Below are positions 1 to 11,517 of a DNA stretch of 64,000 nt, piece by piece. The position numbers were made by a program, and so were the translations under genes. The notes beneath the pieces were generated by a model. It had not been told where the DNA came from and did no database searches. It saw nothing but the letters and a program-made list of their open reading frames with translations. How positions within the stretch are numbered: position 1 is the first letter of the stretch; each line of letters begins with the position of its first letter. This DNA is from Eledone cirrhosa (lineage: Eukaryota): contig OZ024742.1 in the NCBI GenBank assembly GCA_964016885.1, positions 245,210,001 through 245,274,000 on the forward strand, given 5' to 3'.

Positions 1-1297
1 ACAACAGTCCATCAGGTTTTTCGGCACATGTTGCTCCGATAGGAATATCAACGTGATTTTCACTTAATTCGTAATTGTTCAGTCTCCGTATGCATTTATT
101 TTTTATTGATACAACACCGACTACAATCATCTAACTTCACTTTGTAGGCTAGACGCGAATCACAAGGAAAACAAACCTCTGATATACAACCCCGCCAAAT
201 TCTTTGGTCTACCTAGATTTCAATGTCTATATCCTTTGCTTTTGTACGGTTGTACATTTGACAATGTCGCAAAACATTATTCCACTTGATTCTTACCTTT
301 CAGCTATGAATTGGGCAGTGCCTTAACATCCCGGTTTATTTGCGTGCAATTTTTTGGTATCTTATGAATGGAGAATCGAAAACTCTTTTTCTCATAACCT
401 GAAACATGCGTTACACATGTTCCATGGATGTTTGTGGACATTTTTTCAAAATACCAATATCACAGATTGGAGCACACAAAAAAAACGTTTGTTCTTCATT
501 TATTTCGGTTAAAGCATCCTGCTGGAATTTAACGCAGACCCGTTTAAATCCAGCGCCTTATAACCCCGAGTGTAACCAGGTACACCAGCTAGAAAGACAA
601 ATGGAAACATTGTTTTCTCGGCCCGATTTGACGAAAGTCGATTTAGTTCCATAACAAATTAACAAACCATACTTGAAGACACGTTGAGGCTGTTGCAAAG
701 GGCAATAACCCTAGACACAATTTTGATCAACTTTTTTTCACCTATAGCAAATTTACCGGGACAGGTTTTTAGCTACTCAAATCTACTTCAGAGGTCACGC
801 ATTCATGTAAAAAATCAATAAAACTGAAGCGGGGTTCGACTTTGCGCAAAAAACAAGGCAAAGTTGCACATGGGAAAACTTTTTACAGGAACATCCGATT
901 TTCTTGAAAACTGTCGCAAAAGACTCGCCATTATGCCGCGGTTCAGATAAAGTCCCTTTTATTTCTTCTTCTGCACATGTGAGCGCGAAAATTGTAAAAA
1001 AAAAAAACTGTGAAAAAATCGACTATTTCACCCTGCTTTAAAAATCAACTGAAAATTCAATTTCAAGTGAATTTGACTTCCGTCAGTCGTGCAAAGAACG
1101 ATTTCAACGATACACTGTGAACCTACAATTGATCCATTATTTATGCTCAATTACACACCTGCGTCTACTAACCTCTGTTTTTTTCCTTGAGGTTCTAAGG
1201 TTTTTGCACCTGTGATGCGCGGGAAGTAACTTTCACACATTTTAACAACAGAGCAAAGATCGACTTACACCCAGGCAACGCCGGGTACTTCTGCTAG
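1..1297 (+). mobile_element. 3' part of a non-autonomous Helitron (copy 1)
   Basis: Hairpin acccaggcaacgccgggt followed by CTAG|T at 1294-1297. Confidence 0.8.
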
Positions 1298-1315
1298 TAT
1301 ATATATATATATATG

Positions 1316-1945
1316 TAGGAGGTGAGTTTTATTGTAGCACAATAAAGCAATGCAAATATCGGATAAGTAGTACTCAACAGGACTGGAGTATAAATAATAT
1401 AAGATCAAAAGATGGTTAAAAGATGGTTAAAAAATATAAGATCAAAAGATGATCAAAAGATGGTTAAATGTATTTTATTATGTGCATTTCAAAAACAAAT
1501 ATCATCATGGGATGATATTTACGTTCTCATCAGATAAAATAGGGGGACATGATATGAAGCTTAAAAAACACTGGCGAGCATTGAAGTGTTAAATCTACAT
1601 ATGAAAGATAAAATATACAGGAGCAAATCATGGAATAGCTTAGATAGGACTAGACATAAGATAGGGAAAGCCACCTCATGGTACGACAACCAGAGATACC
1701 AGAGTGTCATGTTTGTGGACGCTACCCCTGGAGGGAAATTAGCTAACCAGTGTATCCATATATCCATCTTATTTTATCTTACATATGTAGATTTAACACT
1801 TCAATGCTCGCAAGTGTTTTTTAAGCTTCATATCATGTCTCCTTATTTTATCTGATGAGAACGCAAATATCATCCCATGATGATATTTGTTTTTGAAATG
1901 CGCATAATAAAATACATGGAACTCTTTTAACCATCTTTTGATCTT
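1316..1945. mobile_element. Penelope-like fold-back element between (TA)n runs (also 23820-24450)
   Basis: Inverted arms ~1440-1601/1781-1945, each with a hammerhead; the spacer encodes WYDNQRYQSVMFVDATPGGKLA, resembling the PLE post-RT region. Confidence 0.75.
1844..1914 (+). ncRNA. Type I hammerhead ribozyme (inverted copy 1471-1541 minus; duplicates 24349-24419 plus, 23976-24046 minus)
   Basis: tattttat-CTGATGA-long stem II-GAAA-tgcgca-TA-ataaaata; 8-bp stem I and palindromic stem III. Confidence 0.8.
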
Positions 1946-1988
1946 ATATATATATATATATATAGATATATATATATATATATATATA

Positions 1989-4900
1989 CCCCACTCAATC
2001 ATTACCTTCTTGCTAGCTATTTTCAAACCTTAATTCCTAACGTATTTTCAAACCCCAATCCCCTAATTCTAGCGTATCTTCAAAACAAAAAAGCAAAATC
2101 CTTTCCTTCTTCCTTCTTCGAAGGCACGGGGCGGTCAAACGCCTAACACCCACAGCCATCATGTGGCCCCCTACCCTCGCACTCTCTCTCTCTCTCCCTA
2201 TAAATATATGATAGGAATTCACTTCGCCAAATTTCATTTCTTTGCTTGCTGTCCAAACGAAATTCATGTAAACGTAATGTACAGACTTCATCTCTCTCTC
2301 TCTCTCTCCTAGCGTATTTTCAAAACAATCCACATTTCGTATTCAAGTCCAAATAGCCAATCTATCGCTAAAACAAACTACATTTTCTGTTTCTATTAAG
2401 TGCTAAATACGTGGGTTTTTGGACGTATTTAACAGAACAAATTTTGTATTTTTGTTAATCGCTTGTTAAATGCATAGACCCCACTCAATCATTACCTTCT
2501 TGCTAGCTACCCAACACCCCCACACACCACCATTGCTATTACGTGGACCAATCATAAAACAGCCCCCACGCATCACCAGTATTATTACGCGGACCAATCA
2601 GAAACCAGAGGCCTATACTATCGCTTGCCTGGTTGCCTTTCGATATACGATATACGATATATGATGGATGGATGGACTGCGGAATCCTGGAGAGTGGAGG
2701 TGAGAGAGAAAAATCTGGACGCTCAGCGACAATGCCAAAGATAAAGACAAATTCACCCCTTGGACGAGAATGCGAGCACTCCTCATTGTTTCGACCGCGG
2801 ACGGCTAACATAACCCCATCGCCCCCCGCCCCTCACCGCCCCCAACCCCCAAACGCAATCCAAAACTTCAGAGTTGGTACCATAAATGTAGGCACCCTAA
2901 AGGGTCGCGCTAACGAGGTTGTAGAAATGCTTGAACGTAAGGAGGTCGATGTTTGTTGTATTCAAGAGACCAGGTGGAGGGGTGGGTCTGCTAGGTTCAT
3001 TGAGGGTAAAAAACGTTGTTATAAGCTTTTCTGGGTGGGAAACGACGATGGGCTGGGTGGAGTAGGAATCATGGTAGCAGAAAAGTGGGCAGATAAGATA
3101 ATAGACGTAAATAGAGTGAACGACAGAATAATTAAAATACGACTTGTCCTCAATAGAACTACGGTGACAGTAATATCTGCGTACGCACCCCAATCCGGAC
3201 TGCCCGGCACTATAAAAGACAGATTCTATGAGACACTGATGCTAACTACCTCCCAAATATCCGACAGTGACTATATAATTATCGCAGGCGACCTAAATGG
3301 TCACGTTGGACAACATTGTGACGGCTACGACGAAATCCATGGAGGCTATGGGTTTGGTACTAGAAATGAGGAAGGCTCCAGAATCCTGGAATTCTGTGAT
3401 GCAAATAACCTAACTATCTGTAACACTAACTTCAAAAAACGTGACAATCACCTGATCACCTATAGATCCGGGGAACACACAAGCCAGGTAGATTATATCC
3501 TTACCAGAAGACGTGACAGAGTGTCTGTTGTTAACACTAAATCCCTCCCCCATGAAGAATGCACCTCCCAACATAGACTGATAATTAGCGACCTCATAGT
3601 CAGGACGAGACGTACTCGACAACAGAAGAGGACTATCCTCAGGAGGAAAATATGGAAGCTAAAGGACCCCACAGCCAGGAATAAATTTCAAAGCATATTA
3701 CTTGATGCTTTCGACAGTAAGGAAGAACATTTAGAGTCGGACAATATAGAGGGAGAGTGGGAATTTCTGAAAGCAAACCTGCTGTTGGCGACAGACGAAG
3801 TCTGTGGCTGGAGCAGGCCTGTAGGCAGGAGGAGAGTAACATGGTGGTGGAACAGTAAGGTGGAGGGGTCAATTAAGGCCAAAAAGCAGGCTTGGAAAGT
3901 ATGGCGGGATGGGGGAAGTAGAGAGGACTATCAAGTGGCCAGGAGGGAAGCTAGGAGACAAGTGTACTTAGCAAGAAGGGAAGCTGAGGAAAGAAAGTTC
4001 AAGCATGTTCTACAACGCGATGACCAAAAACGTGAGGTGTTCAGGATTGCTAGGCAATGCGTCAAGGAAAACCGTGATATTGTCGGGGAGAAGTGTGTAC
4101 TAAACGACGATGGCACACTTGCCATCACCGACGCTGATAAGAAGGTAGCTTGGAAGTGTCACTATGAAAGGCTTCTAAATGAGGAGAATAATTGGGAGAA
4201 AGGCAGTCTCCCCCATATCGACCCAATAGAGGGACCAGCAGTGTTAGTCGAGGGGAGTATAATAAGTAAGGCAATCAAGGATATGAAGACTGGTAAGGCG
4301 GCTGGGCCTTCGGAAATAGTTGCTGAGATGCTGAAGGCATCTGGCACGGTGGGACACACCATGGTCACCCGCATAGTTAACCAAGTCGTACAGAATGGGG
4401 TTGTTCCGAAGGACTGGCATAGCAGCATCATCGTTAACTGTTATAAGGGTAAAGGAGACGCCCTAGATAGGAGTAACTATAGAGGCATTAAATTAATCGA
4501 CCAGGTCATGAAGGTCACGGAAAGAGTAATAGCGCAACTAATCAGAGAGAGAATTGACCTAGATGAAATGCAGTTCGGGTTTGTGTCAGGCAAAAGTACC
4601 ACAGACGCTCTTTTCATAGTACGACAACTACAGGAGAAGTACCTAGCTAAAGGTAAACCCCTCTACTTAGCTTTTGTCGACTTGGAGAAAGCCTTCGACA
4701 GAGTCCCCCGCTCCATTATCTGGTGGGCTCTTAGAAAACTAGGCGTTGACGAATGGCTTGTGAGGGCTATACAAGCCATGTATAAAGAAACAGTCAGCAA
4801 GGTTAGAATTAACAACGAATATAGTGAAGAGTTTAGCGTAAAAGTTGGCGTCCATCAGGGCTCTGTTCTCAGTCCACTACTATTTATTATTGCCCTTCAG

Positions 4901-6300
4901 GCTATAACAGAGGAGTTCAAGACAGGCTGCCCATGGGAACTCCTATACGCAGACGACCTGACACTCATAGCGGAATCAATGGCCGAGCTAGAGAAGAAAT
5001 TCCAAACATGGAAGCACGGCCTAGAGTCAAAAGGACTTAAAATTAACCTGGCTAAGACCAAAGTGCTAGTTTGTAGGAAAGAAAACAAGGCGGCGGTCCC
5101 TTCTGGGAAATGGTCGTGCTCGGTGTGTAGGAAAGGCGTAGGTAGAAACTCCATTTTATGTCCTAAATGCAAATTAAGGGTGCATAAAAGATGTAGTGGG
5201 ATCACAGGTAAGCTAACTAAGAACATAGATTTTACATGTGGCCGGTGCTCTGGTGCAATAAGTAGCAGCAAGTGCCCACAAACTACTAGCTCTTTCAATT
5301 GCGCAGAGGGTTCTATAGAAATAGTGGACAGCTTCCGTTACCTGGGCGATAAAATCAGCAGTGGGGGAGGGTGCTCTGAAAGTACTGTAGCTAGAGTCAG
5401 AACTGGTTGGAAAAAGTTCAGAGAGCTTATACCACTATTAGCTGCTAAAGGGTTCTCACTAAAAATGAAAGGCAGGTTGTACGATGCCTGCATACGAACA
5501 GCAATGCTGCATGGCAGTGAGACCTGGGCATTGTGTGCAGAGGATATACGCAGACTAGAGAGGAACGAAGCTTGCATGCTCCGCTGGATGTGTAACAGTA
5601 ATATACGTGAACGGCAAAGCATAAACGAACTAAGGAAAAAATTAGAGATAAGAGGGATCAGATGTTGTTTACTCGAGAGAAGGCTACGTTGGTATGGACA
5701 CGTGATGCGCATGAAAGTCGATAGCTGTATAACAAAGTGCAGGGCAATAAAGATAGACGGTAGTCACGGAATAGGCAGACCTAGAAAAACCTGGGACGAG
5801 CTGATAAACTCCGACATCACACACTTACACCTCTCCAAGACAATGTCACTGGACCGAGACCTTTGGCGGTACTCAGTAACAGAGAAGACCCGCCTTACCT
5901 AAATATATAGTAAAACCTACTCCAGCCAGTAGGCATCTCTAACAAAATACACCCCGTCCCACCACCCCCACCCCCACCCGATCCACACCACCCCGTTCTA
6001 TGTAAAGTTATGTTGGTGCCGCGCCTTCGAGGCCGAAACAAATGAGATCGTGTAGGTGTCATGACAAAAAAACACACAGTCCAAGCTGTAATGTGGCCGT
6101 GTAGGCAACACGGTAAAAACCTCCCAGACCCACACTGTAAATGTGGTTGGTGTTAGGAAGGGCATCCAACTGTAGAAAACCTGCCAGACAGTCCTATGCG
6201 AGCAAGACAATCACTCTTGCCTCAAGTGGGACTACCCCCGTCCAAACCCATGCAAGCGTGGAACACGGACGTTAAACGTTGATGATGATGATGATGATGA

Positions 6301-6304
<4 letters not shown>
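1989..6304 (+). mobile_element. Full-length RTE-clade LINE inserted in (TA)n
   Basis: Boundaries defined by the empty (TA)n site in copy 2 (~24451-24495); 5'UTR, single ORF, 3'UTR and (GAT)n tail. Confidence 0.92.
2672..5902 (+). CDS. Intact RTE ORF: APE endonuclease plus reverse transcriptase with a PHD-like Zn finger
   Basis: GTINVGTL, IQETRW, SAYAPQ, GDLNGHVG, VDYIL; FVDLEKAFDRV, GVHQGSVLSPLLF, YADD, FRYLG; no stops; first ATG 2672 (alternative 2732). Confidence 0.95.
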   Translation: MDCGILESGGEREKSGRSATMPKIKTNSPLGRECEHSSLFRPRTANITPSPPAPHRPQPPNAIQNFRVGTINVGTLKGRANEVVEMLERKEVDVCCIQETRWRGGSARFIEGKKRCYKLFWVGNDDGLGGVGIMVAEKWADKIIDVNRVNDRIIKIRLVLNRTTVTVISAYAPQSGLPGTIKDRFYETLMLTTSQISDSDYIIIAGDLNGHVGQHCDGYDEIHGGYGFGTRNEEGSRILEFCDANNLTICNTNFKKRDNHLITYRSGEHTSQVDYILTRRRDRVSVVNTKSLPHEECTSQHRLIISDLIVRTRRTRQQKRTILRRKIWKLKDPTARNKFQSILLDAFDSKEEHLESDNIEGEWEFLKANLLLATDEVCGWSRPVGRRRVTWWWNSKVEGSIKAKKQAWKVWRDGGSREDYQVARREARRQVYLARREAEERKFKHVLQRDDQKREVFRIARQCVKENRDIVGEKCVLNDDGTLAITDADKKVAWKCHYERLLNEENNWEKGSLPHIDPIEGPAVLVEGSIISKAIKDMKTGKAAGPSEIVAEMLKASGTVGHTMVTRIVNQVVQNGVVPKDWHSSIIVNCYKGKGDALDRSNYRGIKLIDQVMKVTERVIAQLIRERIDLDEMQFGFVSGKSTTDALFIVRQLQEKYLAKGKPLYLAFVDLEKAFDRVPRSIIWWALRKLGVDEWLVRAIQAMYKETVSKVRINNEYSEEFSVKVGVHQGSVLSPLLFIIALQAITEEFKTGCPWELLYADDLTLIAESMAELEKKFQTWKHGLESKGLKINLAKTKVLVCRKENKAAVPSGKWSCSVCRKGVGRNSILCPKCKLRVHKRCSGITGKLTKNIDFTCGRCSGAISSSKCPQTTSSFNCAEGSIEIVDSFRYLGDKISSGGGCSESTVARVRTGWKKFRELIPLLAAKGFSLKMKGRLYDACIRTAMLHGSETWALCAEDIRRLERNEACMLRWMCNSNIRERQSINELRKKLEIRGIRCCLLERRLRWYGHVMRMKVDSCITKCRAIKIDGSHGIGRPRKTWDELINSDITHLHLSKTMSLDRDLWRYSVTEKTRLT

Positions 6305-6333
<29 letters not shown>

Positions 6334-6486
6334 CAAGATGTATGGTAGGTCGTATGTGAATCGCGATGATCACGCCTGACCTACCAAATATGCGACGGTA
6401 GCTAGTTAAGCTCTATGCGTATAAGCAGAGCAGAAATATTAATGAAAAAGAACAAAGGAACTATTATGACATTATAACAAGTTTAT

Positions 6487-6533
6487 TGCCGACAGCCGTT
6501 TCGTCCGACCATATGGTGAGACTTTTCAAGGCA
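6487..6533 (-). ncRNA. Hammerhead ribozyme, C3U/G8A core variant (duplicate 24651-24697)
   Basis: Minus strand: tgcc-TTGAAAA-gtctcaccatatggtcggac-GAAA-cggctg-TC-ggca. Confidence 0.7.
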
Positions 6534-6679
6534 TATAACAGGTGATTGTAAGTTCATTATTTACATCAACGTTTCACTCAAGATTAGCAGTTTGAAATTG
6601 TGGTATACATCATGCCATGAAACCGGGATAAGCACCGGCCAAATGAGCCTTCTAACTTAAGACAGACTTTAGACTTTTT

Positions 6680-6730
<51 letters not shown>

Positions 6731-7117
6731 CTCACTCGATATGCAAATTAGGCTGCTCAGCCGTTAACATGCATAAGGAAAGTATATACTTTCAGACATT
6801 CAATCATCTGGCAGGAAGGTATACGGTGCTGACGATAGCTAATAAGCTTGAAACTAGTACATCGTTCCTTTGTCCGTGTTGAACAAAAGGGCAACGGTGG
6901 TTGCTAAACACTGTACGGCTTAATTCGGGATGTTTGTTTACAAACAAACCGAGCATTATAATAAATGTTCGGTGAATCCATACATACATATATATATATA
7001 TGCGTGCATGTATGTATATATATACATACTACTGTACGTCTGTATACATATATGTATGTACGTATACATACTTATATATATATATATATACACATATGCA
7101 CATATATTTATAAACAT

Positions 7118-7737
7118 AAAAACATGGGACGAGCTGATAAATTCCGACCTCACACGCTTACACCTCTCCAAGACAATGTCACTGGACCGAGACCTTTGGC
7201 GGTACTCAGTAATAGAGAAGACCCGCCTTACCTAAATACAAAGTAAAAACCTACTACAGTCAGTAGGCACCTCTATCAAAACACACCCCCGTCCCACCAC
7301 CTCCACCCCACCCACACCGCCCCTTTCAATGTAAAGTTATGTTGGTCCCACAACATCCAGGCCGAAACAAATGAGATCGTGTAGGTGTCACGACAAAAAA
7401 CACACAGTCCACGCTGTAAATGTGGCCGTGTAGGCAACACGGTAAAAACCTCCCAGCCCCACACTGTAAATGTGGTTGGTGTTAGGAAGGGCATCCAGCT
7501 GTAGAAAACCCGCCAGACAGTCCACGCTGTAATGTGGCCGTGTAGGCAACACGGTAAAAACCTCCCAGCCCCACACTGTAAATGTGGTTGGTGTTAGGAA
7601 GGGCATCCAACTGTAGAAAACCCGCCAGACAGTCCTATGCGAGCAAGACAACCACTCTTGCCTCAAGTGGGAAAACCCCCGTCCAAACCCATGCAAGCGT
7701 GGAACACGGACGCTAAACCTGATGATGATGATGATGA
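7118..7737 (+). mobile_element. 5'-truncated RTE copy of the same family, with an internal ~110 bp duplication in the 3'UTR
   Basis: KTWDELINSD...EKTRLT* plus 3'UTR and (GAT)n tail; absent from copy 2 (~26703-26745). Confidence 0.9.
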
Positions 7738-7772
7738 TATATATACACATATGCATATATATTTATATATAT

Positions 7773-8096
7773 CATCATCACCGTTTTACGTCCATTCTTC
7801 CACGCTAGCATGGGTTAGACGGGTAGTCCTGTTGTGGGCAGTGTTTGGTCGGCTGACCATGCCTTGCTCATACAGGAACTGATTTGGCTTGATTTCTACA
7901 GCTGGTTGCCCTTCCTAACACCAACCTTATTTACAGTGAGTGCTGGGTGCTTTTTCGTGGCGCCTACACATCCACTTTACAGTGTAGGCTGGGTGCTTTT
8001 TTTGCCGTGGCACCTCCACGACTACCTTGCGGTGGGGGGTGTGGGGGCATATTGTCTATATGCTTCAGCTTGTGCCCATGGGAGGTCGGGTACTCT
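7773..8096 (-). mobile_element. RTE-3'UTR-like non-autonomous element (also 26775-27098)
   Basis: Reverse complement of the ggttggtgttaggaagggca...gctgtagaaa tail with (GAT)n; tail-to-tail with 7118-7737. Confidence 0.75.
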
Positions 8097-8122
8097 GTAT
8101 ATATATATATATATATATATAC

Positions 8123-8193
<71 letters not shown>

Positions 8194-8236
8194 CATAAAT
8201 ATATATACATAAATATATATATATATATATATATAC

Positions 8237-8347
<111 letters not shown>

Positions 8348-8625
8348 CATATATATCTGTTATATGTCCACTTAACTTAGAATGTGGTCATTTCAATATT
8401 ATCGATAATTATGTCGGACCCTCAAAAATAATCTTCTCTTATTTAAACTCTGATTACTTGTTATATGTTCGTTTAAATTTTCAATAATAAGGTTGAATCT
8501 GTAGGACCTTTATAAAGATAATCTCGTTAACTTTCCCATTATATTAAAGTAACAGTAATACACTGGGATAATTGCTGGCCTTGTGCCAAAAGTAGAAACA
8601 ATTATTTTCTTCTGGAATCTTCGTT

Positions 8626-8990
8626 CCCCCACCCCCACACGCCACCATTACTATTTGGTCCAATCATAATTCAGCAGTCTATAGTATGTTTCTCTTACCA
8701 ATCTCTATCACAAAGCCACCGCCTATTACTCCTTAAGTTTAGACCTAGTTGCTTTTCAATATGCTAAATGGACTACAGAATTTGGAGAGTCTGAACAATC
8801 TGAACACTCAATGACAATGTCAAAGATAAAGATAAATCCACCTCCTGTTGCCGGACGAAAATGCAAGGACTCCTCTTTATTTCAGACACAGATGGCTAAC
8901 ATAATCCCATCTCCCAAACCTTCCCTGCATCTCCAACCCCTCCCTTCCAACCACCCAACGAAATCCAAAACTTCAGAGTTGGTACCATGT
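8626..8990 (+). mobile_element. Old RTE 5' fragment (5'UTR plus ORF N-terminus); also ~27772-28135
   Basis: MSKIKINPPPVAGRKCKDSSLFQTQMANIIPSP is homologous to MPKIKTNSPLGRECEHSSLFRPRTANITPSP; both run into caaaacttcagagttggtacca. Confidence 0.8.
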
Positions 8991-9105
8991 TTGTTTGCAT
9001 AGGAGCACAGCTAATCTAAACTATAATAAAGGGAGGAGCACGGGACTGCGTACGGTTTATAATTTTTTATCCCATTAGTAAAATAAGTTGGATTACTTTG
9101 AATAA

Positions 9106-9288
9106 ATAATTGTTTCTACTTTAGGCACAAGGCCAGCAATTACCCAGTGCATTACTGGTACTTTATTTTATCGACCCCGTAAGGATGAAAGGCAAAGTCA
9201 ACCTCGGCGGGATTTGAACTCAGATCGTAAAGGGACGTAACTATGTTGGAAAGCATGGCGTCCGACCCTCTACCGATACTGCCAATCC
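9106..9288 (-). mobile_element. tRNA-derived SINE with Meta-like central domain (many copies: ~10427, 11693, 13100, 15370, 28251, 29463, 30718, 37250, 40968, 53614 minus; 58822 plus)
   Basis: Minus strand A-box tggcagtatcgg, B-box gagttcaaatccc, then gcctttcatccttacggggtcgataaaataaagtaccag. Confidence 0.8.
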
Positions 9289-9628
9289 TTGAATAAATAA
9301 TGAATGAATATTACATAATTTATCTACTAAATTTCGTGGTTGTTGATTAAATATATTTTGTTTATTTAAAGATTCACTTCTTTAAAATTTCTGAAATGTC
9401 AACACTTCCGGTTAGCGATCGCTTGAATAAACATATTAATTTTCTGTCACTAATTTTTTCCTAATGCAGTTTATATATAATATCGACTTTTATTAATGTA
9501 TCATGGATTACGTTACTGATTACATAAAACAGTGTAACACAGTCTTCGTTCAATTTCTGTGTATATTGTCAATTACGATTTTATTTGATGTATCATATCT
9601 ACATGTATATATACTTGCATATAATAAT

Positions 9629-9727
9629 TGTTTCTACTTTTGGCACAAGGCCAGCAATTACCCAGTACATTACTGGTACTTTATTTTATCGACCCCGTAA
9701 GGATGAAAGGCAAAGTTAACCTCGGCA
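9629..9727 (-). mobile_element. 5'-truncated SINE insertion with 10-bp target-site duplication, copy 1 only
   Basis: atataataat at 9619-9628 and 9728-9737; a single motif at the empty site ~28763. Confidence 0.8.
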
Positions 9728-9744
9728 ATATAATAATATACACA

Positions 9745-10100
9745 CTACACATGCTAGCAGAAAACCACCCAAAGGGTGGTTTTTCTGTTAGTAGATTTAA
9801 AACAAGATTCTATGTGTATATACTTTCCTTTAAGGATGAAAAATTATGTAATTCTGCCTCTTTTGCTACACTTATTGGTCTCTAAAAAAGATAACATTCA
9901 GCACTCTATGGGGTGGTGTATTATTAATTCAGGAAAATTCTATGAAGGGGGCAGATTTAAATGTAATCTTTGTGTGACTGAGGAATTAGAAATAGCAACT
10001 TCTAGGATTAGTCTCCTTAACTCTAGAAATGAAATAATCCTTTTTTATCTACATAGAACATTTAACTTTTTCTTTTATAATATCTTTGAACCTGATTAAT
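9745..10100 (+). mobile_element. Decayed Penelope-like GIY-YIG C-terminal fragment (also ~28780-29135)
   Basis: HSMGWCIINSGKFYEGGRFKCNLCVTEELEI...LLNSRNEI resembles the CxLC...LNxRxE motif also seen at 38640-38960. Confidence 0.6.
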
Positions 10101-11019
10101 TTTACCTTTACATTCTAATTAAGTATCTCTTTTCCTTTCCTCTTACTGTACATAATAGTCATTTTGTTGGTATTCTTCACCGTCTAATGATTGTACTATT
10201 CTATAACATCTATTATTATTCCCATCAATAACTTGTTTTCTTGTGCATATGTATGTATGTGTATATATACAGTTATGTGTATGTGTGTGTGTATATGCAT
10301 ATGTGTATGTATATATATGTGCATATGTGTATGTGTATATATGCATATGTGTATGTGTATATATGTATATACATGTAAATCAACTCAGCTAAGTCACATC
10401 CTATTTAATATTATTACCCTATTAACATAATTGTTTCTACTTTAGGCACAAGGCCAGCAATTACCCAGTACATTACTGGTACTTTATTTTATCGACCCGG
10501 TAAGGATGAAAGGCAAAGTTAACCTCGGCGGGATTTGAACTCAGACTGTAAAGGGACGTAACTATGCTAGAAAGCATGGCATCCAACCCTCTACCGATAC
10601 TGCCAATTCACCGCCCTTTTAACATAATATGATATTTATATGTACGTGCATGCCCACATGCTTCTACATGCACATAAGCACTCATATCAGTGGACACAAA
10701 TAATTTCGAAAAAAATCTACAGCATCTGTTTTGTCCATGTTATGTGAATCATCATCATCATCATCACCGTTTTACGTCCGTTCTTCCATGCTAGCATGAA
10801 TAGGTATGTGAATAGGTATGTGAATAGCTGAAAATAGAATTAAAAAACCCATTCAACAATAAAAAGCTCTACTAAAATACCATTCAGGAGCATATTTATA
10901 TTACCAAAACGAATAAAGATGTTGTGTCTGCGCTTCCTTTGCAGGTGTGTGTCTCTAAGGAAGCTCAAAGAAAAAATTCCAAGTAGGGTAGCCATTTTCA
11001 GTGATACCTCTTTGGAATT

Positions 11020-11517
11020 CTACCATGTTAGTATGTCTGTTACTATCCGTGCTGCATCAATGAGAAGATGAAAGCTGCCATCAAACAAGCCATCCATAGG
11101 GAGGGTCTGAATATACTGCTGGCACATTTAGGACCCTCATTGAGGAGACTGCTCGGCAGACACCAACCCACATGCAGAGATATATGCACACTTCCTAACT
11201 GTCCCATTAACAACACAGAAGTGTGCATGAGAGCATATGTGGTCTATAAGATCACGTGCAAAACATGTAGCTCCTAATACATCAGAAGTACCATAACGAG
11301 ATTACATACACAGATCAAAGAGCACGTGACAAGGAGAGCTTCTTCTGTTAAAAAACATCTTGACAGATGCCACACCCAAGGCATTGAGGTCACCATAGAG
11401 GCAACTGAAAGGAATATGGGAAATTTAAGGATTAAGGAGGCTATTTTCATCAGCCAAATAAAACCAAAGACAAATAATAGGTCAGAAATGCACAAGGCAG
11501 AATGGTTATTACAGTGA
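11020..11517 (+). pseudogene. Penelope-like GIY-YIG endonuclease remnant with one stop (also ~30045-30542)
   Basis: CTLPNCP...VVYKITCKTCSS*YIRST...IKEH...KEAIFISQIKPKTNNRSE. Confidence 0.8.

Noticed and set aside
2897-5712. Minus-strand ORFs opposite the RTE ORF
   Set aside because: Antisense shadows of the RTE coding sequence.
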